Assembly (NCBI GenBank): GCA_964343605.1
Contig: CAYFKJ010000008.1
Coordinates: 93,926 to 157,925 of the forward strand
Direction: 5' to 3'
From: an uncultured Rhodospirillaceae bacterium
GTDB lineage: Bacteria; Pseudomonadota; Alphaproteobacteria; UBA2966
Length of the DNA stretch: 64,000 bases
Below, piece by piece: positions 47,688-58,192 of this stretch (its first letter is position 1; every line of letters begins with the position of its first letter). The position numbers and the translations under genes are program-made. The notes under the pieces are model-generated. The model ran no database searches, was not told the DNA's origin, and saw only the letters and a program-made list of their open reading frames with translations.

Positions 47688-48411
47688 CAGGTTTCTTCTC
47701 GTGAGTTCATTGCTTCAACCAATCCAGCCTCTGCCGATTGCAGCAATTCAGACGTGATTGATAGATCAGCCCCACGGGCGTCAGCGATTTGAAGCGCCAC
47801 ACCCAGATCAATGCCGAGCACATGCCCGGACGTGGTCACTCGCATCTGCCCGAGGCAGGCTTGCAGCACGTCCCAAGCTTCATGTTCTTCATCGGTGATC
47901 AGTGCGTATCGGCGTCTTGGACAGGCTTGTCCGCAGTCCGTTTCGCACGCTTCGCAATATTGGGGCCCTCCGCCTGGCTGGAAGTGCCAGCGGCAGAGAG
48001 CCCGGATCCGTTTTTTGCAGCAGTGAGCAACACCTGTTTCAGAGTGAATTCCTGAAAGAACCGCTCACCAACAGGATAGAGCGACATAACAGCCGCGACG
48101 TTTTCTGGCGTCACGTCCGGGTCATCCTCAATGCCAGACCAACCCGTGATATGGCGAACCGCTAGTTCTTTAATCAAGAGGTCCTGGAACAGACCATCTC
48201 GCTCGGCATCAACTGAAAGATCCGGCAAGCCCTCGGTAGCTAAACCCGCTTCTGACAATTCCTTGCTTTGAATTTCCAATCCTTCAATACGTCGACGAGC
48301 AGAAGCCTGGGCCGCCGCCATACCAGCCGTGGTCAGCGGTTTGACGGTAACCGTGACGCCATAAGGAAGCTCGATTTCGAACGGTTCACTGGGTTGTTTT
48401 AAGGAGATCAT
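47687..48411 (-). CDS. Tail assembly chaperone G (47899-48411) and predicted -1 frameshift product GT (about 241 aa)
   Basis: Slippery A-AAA-AAC at 48016-48010 in the G frame; -1 frame open to 47687. Confidence 0.8.
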
Positions 48412-49358
48412 GTGTAGTCACTCCCATCCAGATCGTTTGTGAGGATGACATCCAACATGCGCCCTGCAGTTTCATTGCGAGCGCCTTGGAAATCGAAACT
48501 CGCCTGCACACCGCCTGGACCATCAACGGCCAGCTTTGGTTTCGGCAGGTACACCTCGTGAGCGGCAAACATGATGCTGGCGTTGCCGACCGTGTAGCCG
48601 AAGGTCAAATCCACCGGCGTACCATTTGCAGCCAGATCAATCAGGGTGGTGTCCGAAAACCGCACATCAATGCGACCTGTCAAAGCCGCAACCGTGGGAT
48701 CGGCCCCATCAATCTTGCCGTCTGAGCGGATGGTTTCTATTTTCTCGAGGTTGTTCGAGTAATTGAGCGACCCACCGGTCAGATTACCGATCGGATTACC
48801 ACCCCGGGTGATGGAGCCCTGAAACTGGCTGATCCGTGTGAAAGCCAGAGATGTCGGCGTGCCGCCTTGAGACGTATCGTTGCGAACCTCGCCTTGCGCA
48901 ATGACCCCAAGTGTTGCCGCCGCCGCGCCCGATCTCTGAAACTCCAGAGCAATGGATCCCAGCACCACGCCGGTATGTTGGAAAAATGCGGGGACCTGAG
49001 GCATGCCGACCTCGACCGTGTAACTGGGTAGAGCGTCATTGCCCGAGGCATACACATGGTTAAACGTACCATCGCCGTTATCCGTGGTGGCCGGGTCACC
49101 AAACAAGCCGGTGAGCCAAATCCCGAGATAGCGCGGATCCATCGGCACCACCACTTCACCTTCGTCATTGATGACGTCTTGCAAGGGGGCCAGCGGATCG
49201 CGGCCTTGTCCCAAAACAGGGTCATCAATCAGGCCCTGTTCGGAACCCAGAGTGCAGCGATTAAAAGGCATGCGGATATAGTCGCCACTGGCCGCTTGCC
49301 CATAAGCGGTTTCCCGCTTGAGCAGCAACGTGGCGCTCGAACCATAGGCTCGGGCCAT
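48408..49358 (-). CDS. Tail tube protein
   Basis: MARAYG...ETAYG, LGSEQGLI, GRDP; position. Confidence 0.85.
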   Translation of the reverse strand: MARAYGSSATLLLKRETAYGQAASGDYIRMPFNRCTLGSEQGLIDDPVLGQGRDPLAPLQDVINDEGEVVVPMDPRYLGIWLTGLFGDPATTDNGDGTFNHVYASGNDALPSYTVEVGMPQVPAFFQHTGVVLGSIALEFQRSGAAAATLGVIAQGEVRNDTSQGGTPTSLAFTRISQFQGSITRGGNPIGNLTGGSLNYSNNLEKIETIRSDGKIDGADPTVAALTGRIDVRFSDTTLIDLAANGTPVDLTFGYTVGNASIMFAAHEVYLPKPKLAVDGPGGVQASFDFQGARNETAGRMLDVILTNDLDGSDYT

Positions 49359-49396
49359 CGGTATTCTCCTGGTTTTTAAAAGGTCAGCCGCCCCAC

Positions 49397-49831
49397 TCAG
49401 CCAAGAGCGGTGTCGGCTTCAAACTCAACAGCAACGATCAAGGTGCCAGCCTTGATGGCCGGACCTCCGATCACCGCCTCAGTGTCGATTTCTGGACGTC
49501 TGTACGTCATGCCAAAGACCAAATCACCCAGTGTTGGATCGGCATCAAGAACGGTGCCGATTTGCTGCAGCAGGGTGTCGAAGGCTGCGTCGCGGGCAGC
49601 GGCATCACCGTTTTCGACGTAGATCTCGATCTCTGCATCCTGGCGACAATAAATTCCGCCAAATCCACCTAAAGCCTGTTCCGGCTCATCGGCGATGCCA
49701 TCGCGAAGGATGATTAGTCCAGCCGACGGGATTTTCTCAGGCACAGCTGAATTGCGTTCGACAGTGACATCTGAAATATCTCTTAGAGCCGACTGCACAG
49801 CGATCAAGATTTGCTCGGTTTTTGAAGACAC
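49397..49831 (-). CDS. Tail terminator/completion-like protein
   Basis: ADPTLG motif; position before the tail tube gene. Confidence 0.65.
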   Translation of the reverse strand: MSSKTEQILIAVQSALRDISDVTVERNSAVPEKIPSAGLIILRDGIADEPEQALGGFGGIYCRQDAEIEIYVENGDAAARDAAFDTLLQQIGTVLDADPTLGDLVFGMTYRRPEIDTEAVIGGPAIKAGTLIVAVEFEADTALG

Positions 49832-49834
49832 GAC

Positions 49835-50485
49835 CTACTCCGATGGCATATGGCGATCAATAAGGTGCGGTGTCCGGCGAGACCAGGCTTCCGCTGCGCG
49901 GCGCACATCCAGGCGCTTGGGCATTTTCACTTGCGGCACCATCACAAACATCACCACCGTGGTGATCCCCGATTTGATGCGACCTGTTTTGGTGAACGAG
50001 CCACCTTTGGCACGACGTCCAACACGACCGGTCTTGCCGCTCACACGAACGCCATCAACGACCAACAAGGAAGGCTGTCCACGCCGATAGACAAACCTCA
50101 GTGACCCAAACCGATGCTCAGGAAAATTGGATGGTGATATCCGTTTCCCCCCAACACCTCGCTTCGGAGCCGCAGCCGTTGGAATGGCCAACCAAAAGCC
50201 AGACTTGCTTTTGATAACCGTTCCTCGATCAAGGGTTCGGACAATCTGCGGTGCTTTTGACCAGACGAGACTCGCTGCATCGTAGCCCTTATTGGGATAT
50301 GCCCGGCTTCGCCAGGTGCGGGCCAAGCGTGTTCCCAGTCCAGCAGAAATCACCTGACGGCGAAGACTGCCCTTGAGCCCGTCACCAGCATCTTTGATCC
50401 CACCACTAACCGCTTTCTCAATCTGGCGTAATTCAGCTTTGAGATCGGCTTTCATAGAACCGACAATGGAGGCCGCAAGCTTCAT
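49835..50485 (-). CDS. Basic neck/tail-completion protein (DUF6441-like)
   Basis: AGLGTRLA..WR, WLAIPT, VPQVK; position. Confidence 0.7.
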   Translation of the reverse strand: MKLAASIVGSMKADLKAELRQIEKAVSGGIKDAGDGLKGSLRRQVISAGLGTRLARTWRSRAYPNKGYDAASLVWSKAPQIVRTLDRGTVIKSKSGFWLAIPTAAAPKRGVGGKRISPSNFPEHRFGSLRFVYRRGQPSLLVVDGVRVSGKTGRVGRRAKGGSFTKTGRIKSGITTVVMFVMVPQVKMPKRLDVRRAAEAWSRRTPHLIDRHMPSE

Positions 50486-50796
50486 GCAGGCCTCACATCC
50501 AGTGTCCAAACCAATCGATCAGGATCTTTACGTTCAGGTTCCCCCTGCACGACATAGCTTCTTTCATTGAAAGTTACTCGGTCGCCAGGTTTTGGCTCAG
50601 GCACTTCAGAAACCCTGACATCAAACAGAGTTGTCTCTGAATGAACCCGGGTTTCACCAAAACCAATGATTTCATCTGGCCGTCGAGCGATGAGACGTAC
50701 AGGCACGGCATCTTCACCGGACGGAATGTAGAGACCGTCAGATGCAATATTCGGATCGGCAAACAGCACATCCATCGCCATGCCCACAGCAGTCAT
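50482..50796 (-). CDS. Head-tail joining protein (gpFII-like)
   Basis: LFADPN...P.PGDR...RLVW; position. Confidence 0.7.
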   Translation of the reverse strand: MTAVGMAMDVLFADPNIASDGLYIPSGEDAVPVRLIARRPDEIIGFGETRVHSETTLFDVRVSEVPEPKPGDRVTFNERSYVVQGEPERKDPDRLVWTLDVRPA

Positions 50797-51131
50797 CAGA
50801 AACTGCCGTTCAAGCGAACACGCCCAATGGTCTCACTGGCTGTGCCACCAACGGCTTCAACGGCCACACCAATAAGGGTGTTACCTGTCGCCGTTTTGGT
50901 AACGACCTTATTGGTGTCATCCCAATAAACCTTGTCACCAGCGCTCCAGGCTTGAGACGCAGCTTTGGTCAAATCAAAGACCCCAACAAGGCTTGCCTCG
51001 ACCTCTTCGCCAGCAACCGCACTAATGTTGGAAACACCGAAAATACCGCCAAGCAGGAAGCCCCCGCCTGAAGCGACATCGTAGGGAACTGCAAGCGTGA
51101 GGGTATGGCCGGGTTGAATGTAGTTTTTCAT
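50796..51131 (-). CDS. DUF2190 family head-associated protein
   Basis: MKNYIQPG...GVFDLTK..GDKVYWD...VRLNG. Confidence 0.85.
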   Translation of the reverse strand: MKNYIQPGHTLTLAVPYDVASGGGFLLGGIFGVSNISAVAGEEVEASLVGVFDLTKAASQAWSAGDKVYWDDTNKVVTKTATGNTLIGVAVEAVGGTASETIGRVRLNGSF

Positions 51132-51210
51132 GGAAGGTTTCCTTTTCCAAAAGACGAAGGGCGACCTATTGGCCGCCCGTCTCGTCAGAAATGATTATGA
51201 AAAGCCCGTG

Positions 51211-53238
51211 TTACGCGCCGGGGTTCTTGAACAGTCCACGCCAATCAATGGCTTTGGCTCCAAAATCCAATCGGCACTTAATCTCAACGCCGTCCACATC
51301 GAAGCCGTTTCGGGTTTCGATGTAGGCTCCTTGCTGGCCTTCCAGATAGGCATATTCGATGGTGTCGATCTGGTTCGGGTTTGCCGCCAAGTACCAAGCC
51401 GTTTCACTCACAGCATCCAGACGCGGTTCAGAAATCGGCGACAGCGTGCGAATGGACTGGGGCACCACATTGGCCGTGTCGGCGGGTACAATATTCTGTG
51501 CCACCATCTGCTCGGCCTTCAATTCCAAAGCGGCAGGAACGATCAGGAAAGACGGACGGATGTTCAGAACCGTCTTCTTATCCAGGCCAGTTTGTTTGGC
51601 CATGGAGGCGCGAGCCGCACCAACGGCATCCACCGATAGCGCAGCGCCGGTCCCGGCCAGGTTCTTATGGTCGCCATGAAAGAGTGCCTTGTTGTCGGCC
51701 ATTGCCGGGTTCGAGGTAATGATGCCCCATACAACGTCGCTTTCAAGCTGAGCGATGGAGTTGCCGTACATGGCGGGGATCCGGGTAAAGGCGTCCAGAT
51801 CGTCGTTGATCAAAACCTGACGGGTAATCGCAACGACCCGCCCATATGTTTCGATGCGGTAGCTTTCCTTGGACTCGCCAAGTGTCCCCCGTTTGAATTC
51901 GCCACTTTCGTTGACCTTTAAGAGCTGAGGCGCTTCGCCCAACTGGACCCGGTGCATGGCCTTGAAATCCGTGGCCAGAACCTGTCGGCAGAAATGCGTG
52001 AAGGTCCGGGGATAAGCATCGTAAGCCTGACGAAGCGTCTTGTTGGTGACAGCGGCCAGGATCTCCGGGAAATCCGACGTGGAATGAAGCGCACGGGTCG
52101 CAACCTCATCCCGAGACAGGCCTCGGGTGTTTTCACCCACATTGGCGAGGCTTTCCCGAGCCAATTCCATCAGGGTCATGCCACGATATTCCCGGGCAGC
52201 ATCTTCCAACGGGAACAAGGTCGGGCTGTAGCGATGCAACAACGCATTGGTCACTGCCTGACGACGGGTCACACGCTCATCCTGACCCCCCAGAGGAACG
52301 GAAACCTGCGAGAAGGTTCGTGTTTCTTCGGATTTGGCGGCAACCTGATCAAGAATGACCTTACGCGCTTCCTCAAGGGAGACGCCGCGTTTCACCAGAT
52401 CGTCGGCAAAGCTGCGTTCCAGATCAAGCTTACCTGCCAGATCAAAGATGGTCGAGACACGCTCCCGCTCAAGATCACGGGCCTTGGTGACCAAAGCTTC
52501 CGCATCGGATTTTTGGACATCAGGCGTCTTGTTTCGTTGCTCAATGGATCGCTTTTCCTGCGGTTCCTGAACCTTGGGAGCTTCCTCTGCGCTCACGGTA
52601 TCTTCGGTCATATCGGTTTCCTCGGTGGTGGGGATATCGTCGTCATGCATGGTGGAATTCCTTTTGCTGCAATCATCAGCGTCGCCACGTTGCACGACGC
52701 ACTCATGTGTTTGGGTGGTGTGGTTGGATCGGAAACCTGCGGCAGGGTCAGCGCCAACAGGCACGGCAGAGATTTCAAAAGGCGTCCAATCAACAGCCCG
52801 CCAGACTTCCCTGCCCGCTTCTGATTTGCTCACTTCGTAGCGGTGAACCTGATAACCAATGGAAACGGCCCGGATGTGTCCTGCCACGATGTCGCGCCAG
52901 ATCGGCTCGACTTCGTCACGCTCGGAGAACCGGATCGTCGCAATGCCCTGACCGTTTTCAAGGCGGGCGCTATCTGGGACAACCGAACCAATGACAGCGT
53001 TCAGCTCACCGGTCTCATGCACCTTTAGAAAAGGAGCCCCACCATTCAGCCGCTCCAGACGAACGTGATCTGGATCTAGACTTAGGTCCTCATCGTAAGG
53101 GTCGCCCAGAAAGGGTTGGCGACGAACACGAGCACCAGTAGACCAAACCACATCAATGGTTCGAGCCTCTTGGTCCGCTGAATTCGGCGCAAGCTCCGCC
53201 GCCCGGCGCATGGCCGGGAGTTCAATGGTCTTATCCAT
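51211..53238 (-). CDS. Prohead protease-major capsid fusion protein
   Basis: N-terminal protease (VSIGY, WTPFEISAVPVGADP) fused to capsid domain (HSTSDFP, DFGAKAIDWRG); start set at MDKTIEL. Confidence 0.9.
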   Translation of the reverse strand: MDKTIELPAMRRAAELAPNSADQEARTIDVVWSTGARVRRQPFLGDPYDEDLSLDPDHVRLERLNGGAPFLKVHETGELNAVIGSVVPDSARLENGQGIATIRFSERDEVEPIWRDIVAGHIRAVSIGYQVHRYEVSKSEAGREVWRAVDWTPFEISAVPVGADPAAGFRSNHTTQTHECVVQRGDADDCSKRNSTMHDDDIPTTEETDMTEDTVSAEEAPKVQEPQEKRSIEQRNKTPDVQKSDAEALVTKARDLERERVSTIFDLAGKLDLERSFADDLVKRGVSLEEARKVILDQVAAKSEETRTFSQVSVPLGGQDERVTRRQAVTNALLHRYSPTLFPLEDAAREYRGMTLMELARESLANVGENTRGLSRDEVATRALHSTSDFPEILAAVTNKTLRQAYDAYPRTFTHFCRQVLATDFKAMHRVQLGEAPQLLKVNESGEFKRGTLGESKESYRIETYGRVVAITRQVLINDDLDAFTRIPAMYGNSIAQLESDVVWGIITSNPAMADNKALFHGDHKNLAGTGAALSVDAVGAARASMAKQTGLDKKTVLNIRPSFLIVPAALELKAEQMVAQNIVPADTANVVPQSIRTLSPISEPRLDAVSETAWYLAANPNQIDTIEYAYLEGQQGAYIETRNGFDVDGVEIKCRLDFGAKAIDWRGLFKNPGA

Positions 53239-53251
53239 CTGATCCTCAATT

Positions 53252-54751
53252 TCAGTCTGTGGTGTCGGTCGCAGCAAAGGCGTCTGTGGTCTGCGCACTG
53301 CCCGTCTTGGTGACCCGTCTTGGGTCTGAGTCCAAAACAATCCCGGCGGCATCCAGCTTGGTATTCATGCTGGCGATCTCTGCGAGAACGGCATCAGGAT
53401 TGCGGCCTTGCCGCGCGATGGCTTCCGCCAAAGTCATGGTGCCGGATCGAATGGAGAGCAGATCCGCCATGGCATCTTTCATGGGGTCGACCGCTTCGAA
53501 TTTCGGTGGAGACCATTCCACCGGGACCTCCGGTTCAGGGATGTGCCCCGCCACCCAGGCCGCTTCGGTGAACCAGTTCCAGACAGGTTGGCAAAGCATG
53601 GGAATGAACAGCTGCCATTGGACAGCATCAACCATCCGCCTGAACTCGACGAGACCGGCACGAATTGACGAATAGTTCACCTGACTTAGATCACCAGTGA
53701 GCAATTCATAAGGAACCCGAAAACCCGCCGATATGGTGTGGAGACTTGCGCGTTTGTATTCGCCGTAGCCTCCCGTTGCCGCTGGCTGATTAAATTTGAT
53801 GTCCTTGCCGCCGCGAGCATACGCAATGAGCCCGGGTTCAAACTGCTCCACCCGTTTGCCATCAGCATCGGTGACAGCAGGAGCAACGCCTTGTTGGGAT
53901 TCATCATCACCAAAAACGATCGCCGTGACACAGGCTTCCGTTTTCTTGCGAACGATCTCGGCAACCTCATAGTCATCAAGATCACGTAAAGACCGAATGA
54001 CCGGCGCTCCCCATGGAACACCGCGAACCTGTACACGTTGCTTTTCATAGACATGCACAATATCGGTGGCAGCAACTGCCTTGCTTTGGAAGCCCCCTTG
54101 AATGGCACCATAGGCGTCACCGGGGTGGCTTTCATAAATCCAATAGGCCTTTCTCTGCCCTATGCCGTTGAACTGCACACCCTGGACAAGGCGGTCTTTC
54201 CCGGCAGTCTCTCCGTTTCTTGTCGCATCCAGAAAGTCAGCTTCAAGGATCTGGAGCTGCATTGGAACGTTTAGACCATCAGAGACTTTCCGCATACGGC
54301 GGCGAACCAATACCTCTCCCGCTTCGACCATCTCACGACAGATCAAGGTCTGCAGGCCGTAGAAATCCAATTGACCATCGGCATCACATTGACGAGACCA
54401 CTGATCCCAGAGTTTGTTGACGGCTTTGTCGAGCGCTTCGTTGCCCGAAACCGCCCGGGGCATGATGCCTGCGCCGATGATGTTGTTGACCAACACGGAC
54501 ACGGCTTTGGCCGCATGGGGATTGTTGCGAACAAGATCGCGCATGCGATCACGTAACAACGCACTGGCCATGCCGACTTCTGTATCGGCAGAAGTGCCAG
54601 CTGTTCTCCAGCCATCTGTTCTGCGCCCTTTGGACGCACCATCATAACCGCGAGCCAGACCATCAAATGCCTGACGAGCCAAAGCCCTCCTTGTGGCGGT
54701 GACGGGTGCGAAGACCGCGACGGCTTTATCCAACCAGCTAACCGTCATCAA
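53252..54751 (-). CDS. Portal protein, lambda family
   Basis: RDLVRNNP, QVRGVP, GDLSQVNYSSIR, VDPMKD. Confidence 0.92.
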   Translation of the reverse strand: MMTVSWLDKAVAVFAPVTATRRALARQAFDGLARGYDGASKGRRTDGWRTAGTSADTEVGMASALLRDRMRDLVRNNPHAAKAVSVLVNNIIGAGIMPRAVSGNEALDKAVNKLWDQWSRQCDADGQLDFYGLQTLICREMVEAGEVLVRRRMRKVSDGLNVPMQLQILEADFLDATRNGETAGKDRLVQGVQFNGIGQRKAYWIYESHPGDAYGAIQGGFQSKAVAATDIVHVYEKQRVQVRGVPWGAPVIRSLRDLDDYEVAEIVRKKTEACVTAIVFGDDESQQGVAPAVTDADGKRVEQFEPGLIAYARGGKDIKFNQPAATGGYGEYKRASLHTISAGFRVPYELLTGDLSQVNYSSIRAGLVEFRRMVDAVQWQLFIPMLCQPVWNWFTEAAWVAGHIPEPEVPVEWSPPKFEAVDPMKDAMADLLSIRSGTMTLAEAIARQGRNPDAVLAEIASMNTKLDAAGIVLDSDPRRVTKTGSAQTTDAFAATDTTD

Positions 54752-54957
54752 GAATTGCCTCGGCTAAATCCCGCAAATCCGGCAACCGGCAGAGGCTTCT
54801 TGCTTGCGGCAATATCTCGCTCAATGGTTCGGATCCGGCTGATCAAATCTTCCGCTGAACCGTATTCGACGGATTTACCGTCATAGCTGACGCGCAACGT
54901 CCCGCTGGCATAGGCGCGTTTAAGCGCTGCCAGTTCTGTATCTGACCAAGACGTCAT
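54748..54957 (-). CDS. Head-tail joining protein (gpW-like)
   Basis: AYASGTLRVSYDGKSVEYGS; between terminase and portal. Confidence 0.85.
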   Translation of the reverse strand: MTSWSDTELAALKRAYASGTLRVSYDGKSVEYGSAEDLISRIRTIERDIAASKKPLPVAGFAGFSRGNS

Positions 54958-54969
54958 CGAGAGTTTTCC

Positions 54970-56907
54970 TTAAAACCAGTTGTCACGCCGACCTAACCAA
55001 TCCGAACGGCGTTTTTCCGTTGGCGGGTTGGATGGTCGGTTGATCATGCCCGCTGCTTCAGCATCTTGAGCCGGAACACCAAGTTGATCTTCAAGGTCTG
55101 TCCATTTTTCTGCAGACCATCGATCGGCTCCCGCAATCCACGCGGCTGCCCGGGCGTACACCCGGCAATCCAGAGCTTCATTACGTTCACGCAGTTTTTG
55201 CCATTCAAGACGTGTGAAGCCGCGCTTGTTCTTGACGGTCACGAGCTGCTCGGCAACCAACTGCTTAAGCCATTCCGTCTCCACCCAGGTCGGCAAATGA
55301 ACTGTGCCGGGTAAATACTCAGCTCCCTCGGCTCTTTCCTCATCCGTTGGACGAGATGCTCGAAGAAACCTGTAGGTCTCGGATTTAAAGGTCGAGACAG
55401 AAACCGTCCAAAGCCGAGCCCCGCGTTTAAGCTTCTTGCCGCCATCGGTCGCATCAACGAACGTGGGACCTGAAACCGGACTGGACCGATTGAACCCTTC
55501 AACACCCTTAATGGGGGCAACCTGACCAAAACCAACCCGTCGAGCCCAGGCATAGACAGCCGAAGCTTCATAGCCGGTATCGACAGCCAGTTTGGCGATA
55601 CGAAGATGCGCCCCACTTACATGGGGCCAGGATCGATCCAATAGAGCTTCCAGTTTCAGCCAGGGACCTGGGTCGTGCGGACCACCATCAATCACGATGT
55701 GATCCACCAACCAGCTTTCCAGTCCACGCCCCCAGGCCCAGACATCCATTTCGATGCGGTCTTTCTGAATATCGGCTCCCGCTGTCAAAAACAGGCCACC
55801 CTCTGGTACCGTTCCTGGCGACCATTGCTGGCGCTGATCGTACAGACGCTCCCAATCTGGAGCTTCGCCGGTTTCGACCCAGGTCTCACCGAGAGAGGTG
55901 TTCACGAAGGTTTTCATGCCCTCGGCCCCTTGGGCTTTGGCAGACAAAAACGCCCGTACCATGTTTTCCAATCGAACCCATGGCGAATAAATTTCATTCA
56001 GATGGAACCCTGCGATCCCGGCGAAAGGGTTTTCTGCTCGCCATTCACCATGTCGAATTACAGACCAGCGCTGTGCATCAGACCAAACCGAGCCACACTG
56101 CTCACAAACGTAGTGCGCCGTTTCCGGCAGGTGGGCACCAGCAGCGTCCTTTTCCCAATGGACCTGTTCCCATCGCAAGACCTGATGGGTTCCGCAATCC
56201 GGACAGGGAACCCAAAACCGTCGTTTATCACTTTCTTCCCAAGCCGCATCAATTCGGCTCACACCTTTGATCGTCGGCGTTGAGACCAGAACGATCTTGC
56301 GGTTCCAGAAAGTCACTGTGCGCTTTCGCGCCAGGTTAACAGGATCACCTTCCGCTCCCGCACTGGGCGGGTAGCGATCAACTTCATCACACAGAAGGAT
56401 CCGGATTGGACGCATGGCCAAACCCGAGGGCGCGTTCGCACCAACGATCGTCAAATGCCCCCCGACAAACTTCTTGTGCAGGATCTTGTTCGATCCATCC
56501 CGAGACTTCGGATCCGACAGCTTCCCATAAAGGCACGGCGTATCCCGCGCCATGGGTGCAAAGCGGTCTTTAGACCAGGTCTCGGCATCACGTTCTGTCG
56601 GCATCACCACCATGATGGGTGATGGATCCTGATCAACGTGATAGCCGACCGTATTCAGGATGCATTCCGTCTTGCCGACCTGAGCCGAGGTCTTCACAAC
56701 CACGGTTTCTACCGAGGCATCGGAAATGGCATTCATGATGCCGCGTTGATACTCGGCGCGTTCCGTCACCCATTGTCCGGGCTCGGAGCTTGCTTCAGAG
56801 CTCAGTCGTCTATTTTTGTCCGCCCAATGACTTACGGTCAGATCTGGCGGCGGTGCTGCCGCTTCCAGCGTTTGCTTCGCCACCTTTTGCAGCGCTGTCG
56901 TCCCCAT
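54970..56907 (-). CDS. Terminase large subunit (lambda gpA family)
   Basis: SAQVGKTE, DEVDRY, STPT, CPDC/CEQC, GADIQ, RNEALDC; exact start uncertain. Confidence 0.93.
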   Translation of the reverse strand: MGTTALQKVAKQTLEAAAPPPDLTVSHWADKNRRLSSEASSEPGQWVTERAEYQRGIMNAISDASVETVVVKTSAQVGKTECILNTVGYHVDQDPSPIMVVMPTERDAETWSKDRFAPMARDTPCLYGKLSDPKSRDGSNKILHKKFVGGHLTIVGANAPSGLAMRPIRILLCDEVDRYPPSAGAEGDPVNLARKRTVTFWNRKIVLVSTPTIKGVSRIDAAWEESDKRRFWVPCPDCGTHQVLRWEQVHWEKDAAGAHLPETAHYVCEQCGSVWSDAQRWSVIRHGEWRAENPFAGIAGFHLNEIYSPWVRLENMVRAFLSAKAQGAEGMKTFVNTSLGETWVETGEAPDWERLYDQRQQWSPGTVPEGGLFLTAGADIQKDRIEMDVWAWGRGLESWLVDHIVIDGGPHDPGPWLKLEALLDRSWPHVSGAHLRIAKLAVDTGYEASAVYAWARRVGFGQVAPIKGVEGFNRSSPVSGPTFVDATDGGKKLKRGARLWTVSVSTFKSETYRFLRASRPTDEERAEGAEYLPGTVHLPTWVETEWLKQLVAEQLVTVKNKRGFTRLEWQKLRERNEALDCRVYARAAAWIAGADRWSAEKWTDLEDQLGVPAQDAEAAGMINRPSNPPTEKRRSDWLGRRDNWF

Positions 56908-57385
56908 CAATGTGATGGACGATTTCAACGTCGGTTTCGGCGATTTCCGTGAGCACTTCGTGGATCGCCTTTTTGATGACGTCCCTTGCTTGATTGAGGC
57001 TTGTCGTTTCATGAACCACCGGTGCGATTTTGTCAGGCAGCACCAGCAGCCGTGCCCGCATCAGCGCCACGATTTCCGTCCAGGCCACTTTCACGTCAGG
57101 AGCAGAGAGCAAATCCCCTCGCATCTGTGAGGCTTCCATTTCTGCAAGATCAGCCTTGGCCGTCACCAACCGGGCTCGTTCCGTTCCATAATCGGCGTTC
57201 CCCGCCTCTCCCTTCAGATTGAGATCACGCAGATGGCGGATATAGCCGCGTACCGAACCAATAAGCTCGTAGCGACCCCTTGCCGCCTTCGGGATGACAC
57301 CGGCTTTCGATAACTGCTGGACCCGCCGCTCGGAGATGTCGAGCAGGCTCGAGATCACAGAAATGGGCTGAGTGTTATCCGACAT
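56810..57385 (-). CDS. Terminase small subunit (Nu1-like)
   Basis: LLDISERRVQQL HTH, ERARL coiled coil; overlaps the large subunit. Confidence 0.85.
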   Translation of the reverse strand: MSDNTQPISVISSLLDISERRVQQLSKAGVIPKAARGRYELIGSVRGYIRHLRDLNLKGEAGNADYGTERARLVTAKADLAEMEASQMRGDLLSAPDVKVAWTEIVALMRARLLVLPDKIAPVVHETTSLNQARDVIKKAIHEVLTEIAETDVEIVHHIDGDDSAAKGGEANAGSGSTAARSDRKSLGGQK

Positions 57386-57486
57386 GACCGCCAAAAAGTG
57401 ATTAATTACAGTCTATTAGACTTGATGACCTTTCGATTAAGAGCGTTACTGAATTTAGCCAAACGCTTGAAACGAAAGGAAAATCC

Positions 57487-57735
57487 ATGACCAGCATTGC
57501 CATCATGATGAACGACGACAGCACCGAATTGCCCCGCCCTTGGAACCGGGCCTCAAGTCAGGACGAACTCATTGAAATGGTCGCCCACTTTATCGGCTAC
57601 CACACAGGCGAGAGCGAAAGCCAAGCGATCAACATGATCGACACCAGCCGAATTGACCTCGATGCACCGATCGCCCGGGTCAACATGCCGGGCGGCAAGA
57701 CCATCCGCATTTATGCCTTCAAAGAAAACTACTGA
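57487..57735 (+). CDS. Hypothetical protein
   Basis: AAGGA RBS; opposite strand to the late operon. Confidence 0.6.
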   Translation: MTSIAIMMNDDSTELPRPWNRASSQDELIEMVAHFIGYHTGESESQAINMIDTSRIDLDAPIARVNMPGGKTIRIYAFKENY

Positions 57736-57750
57736 GCGGAGCTAGGCCCC

Positions 57751-58191
57751 ATGGAAATCAAAAAACTCAAAGTCAGCCAGTTGGCCCGTGCGATCGAAAC
57801 CATCACCGGGACGCCAACCACAGCCAAATCGTTCAATTACAAATCCAAAGCCGTCGACCGGGTTATGGAATTGATGAAAGAACACAAACTAACCCGCGAA
57901 CAAATCCTAAAGGCCGCTGGTTTGACAAGGATCGAAACACCGAAGTCCACCGTTCCTCAAAAGATTAAAGAAGCCAAGCCCAAGCGGATCACCAAGCAGT
58001 CCATTCTGATTGATATGCTTCGAACCGGTTCGGGCGCTTCCATCGAAGAATTGACGAAAGCCACTGGCTGGCAACCCCATACCGTGCGTGGTGCGATCAG
58101 CAATGTGCTCCGCAAAAAGCTCGGCCTCAATGTGGTCAACGAGCAGTCGTTCAGCGGCAAACAGGTCTATCGAATTCACGACGAGGTGTAA
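57751..58191 (+). CDS. DUF3489 domain (winged-helix) protein
   Basis: TKQ..LIDML...GASIEEL...TGWQPHTVRGAIS..LRKKLGL. Confidence 0.85.
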   Translation: MEIKKLKVSQLARAIETITGTPTTAKSFNYKSKAVDRVMELMKEHKLTREQILKAAGLTRIETPKSTVPQKIKEAKPKRITKQSILIDMLRTGSGASIEELTKATGWQPHTVRGAISNVLRKKLGLNVVNEQSFSGKQVYRIHDEV

Positions 58192-58192
58192 G

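Noticed and set aside
36541..57385. Gene transfer agent or tailocin
   Set aside because: Has lambda-type terminase, a cos site, replication genes and a methylase, consistent with a genuine prophage
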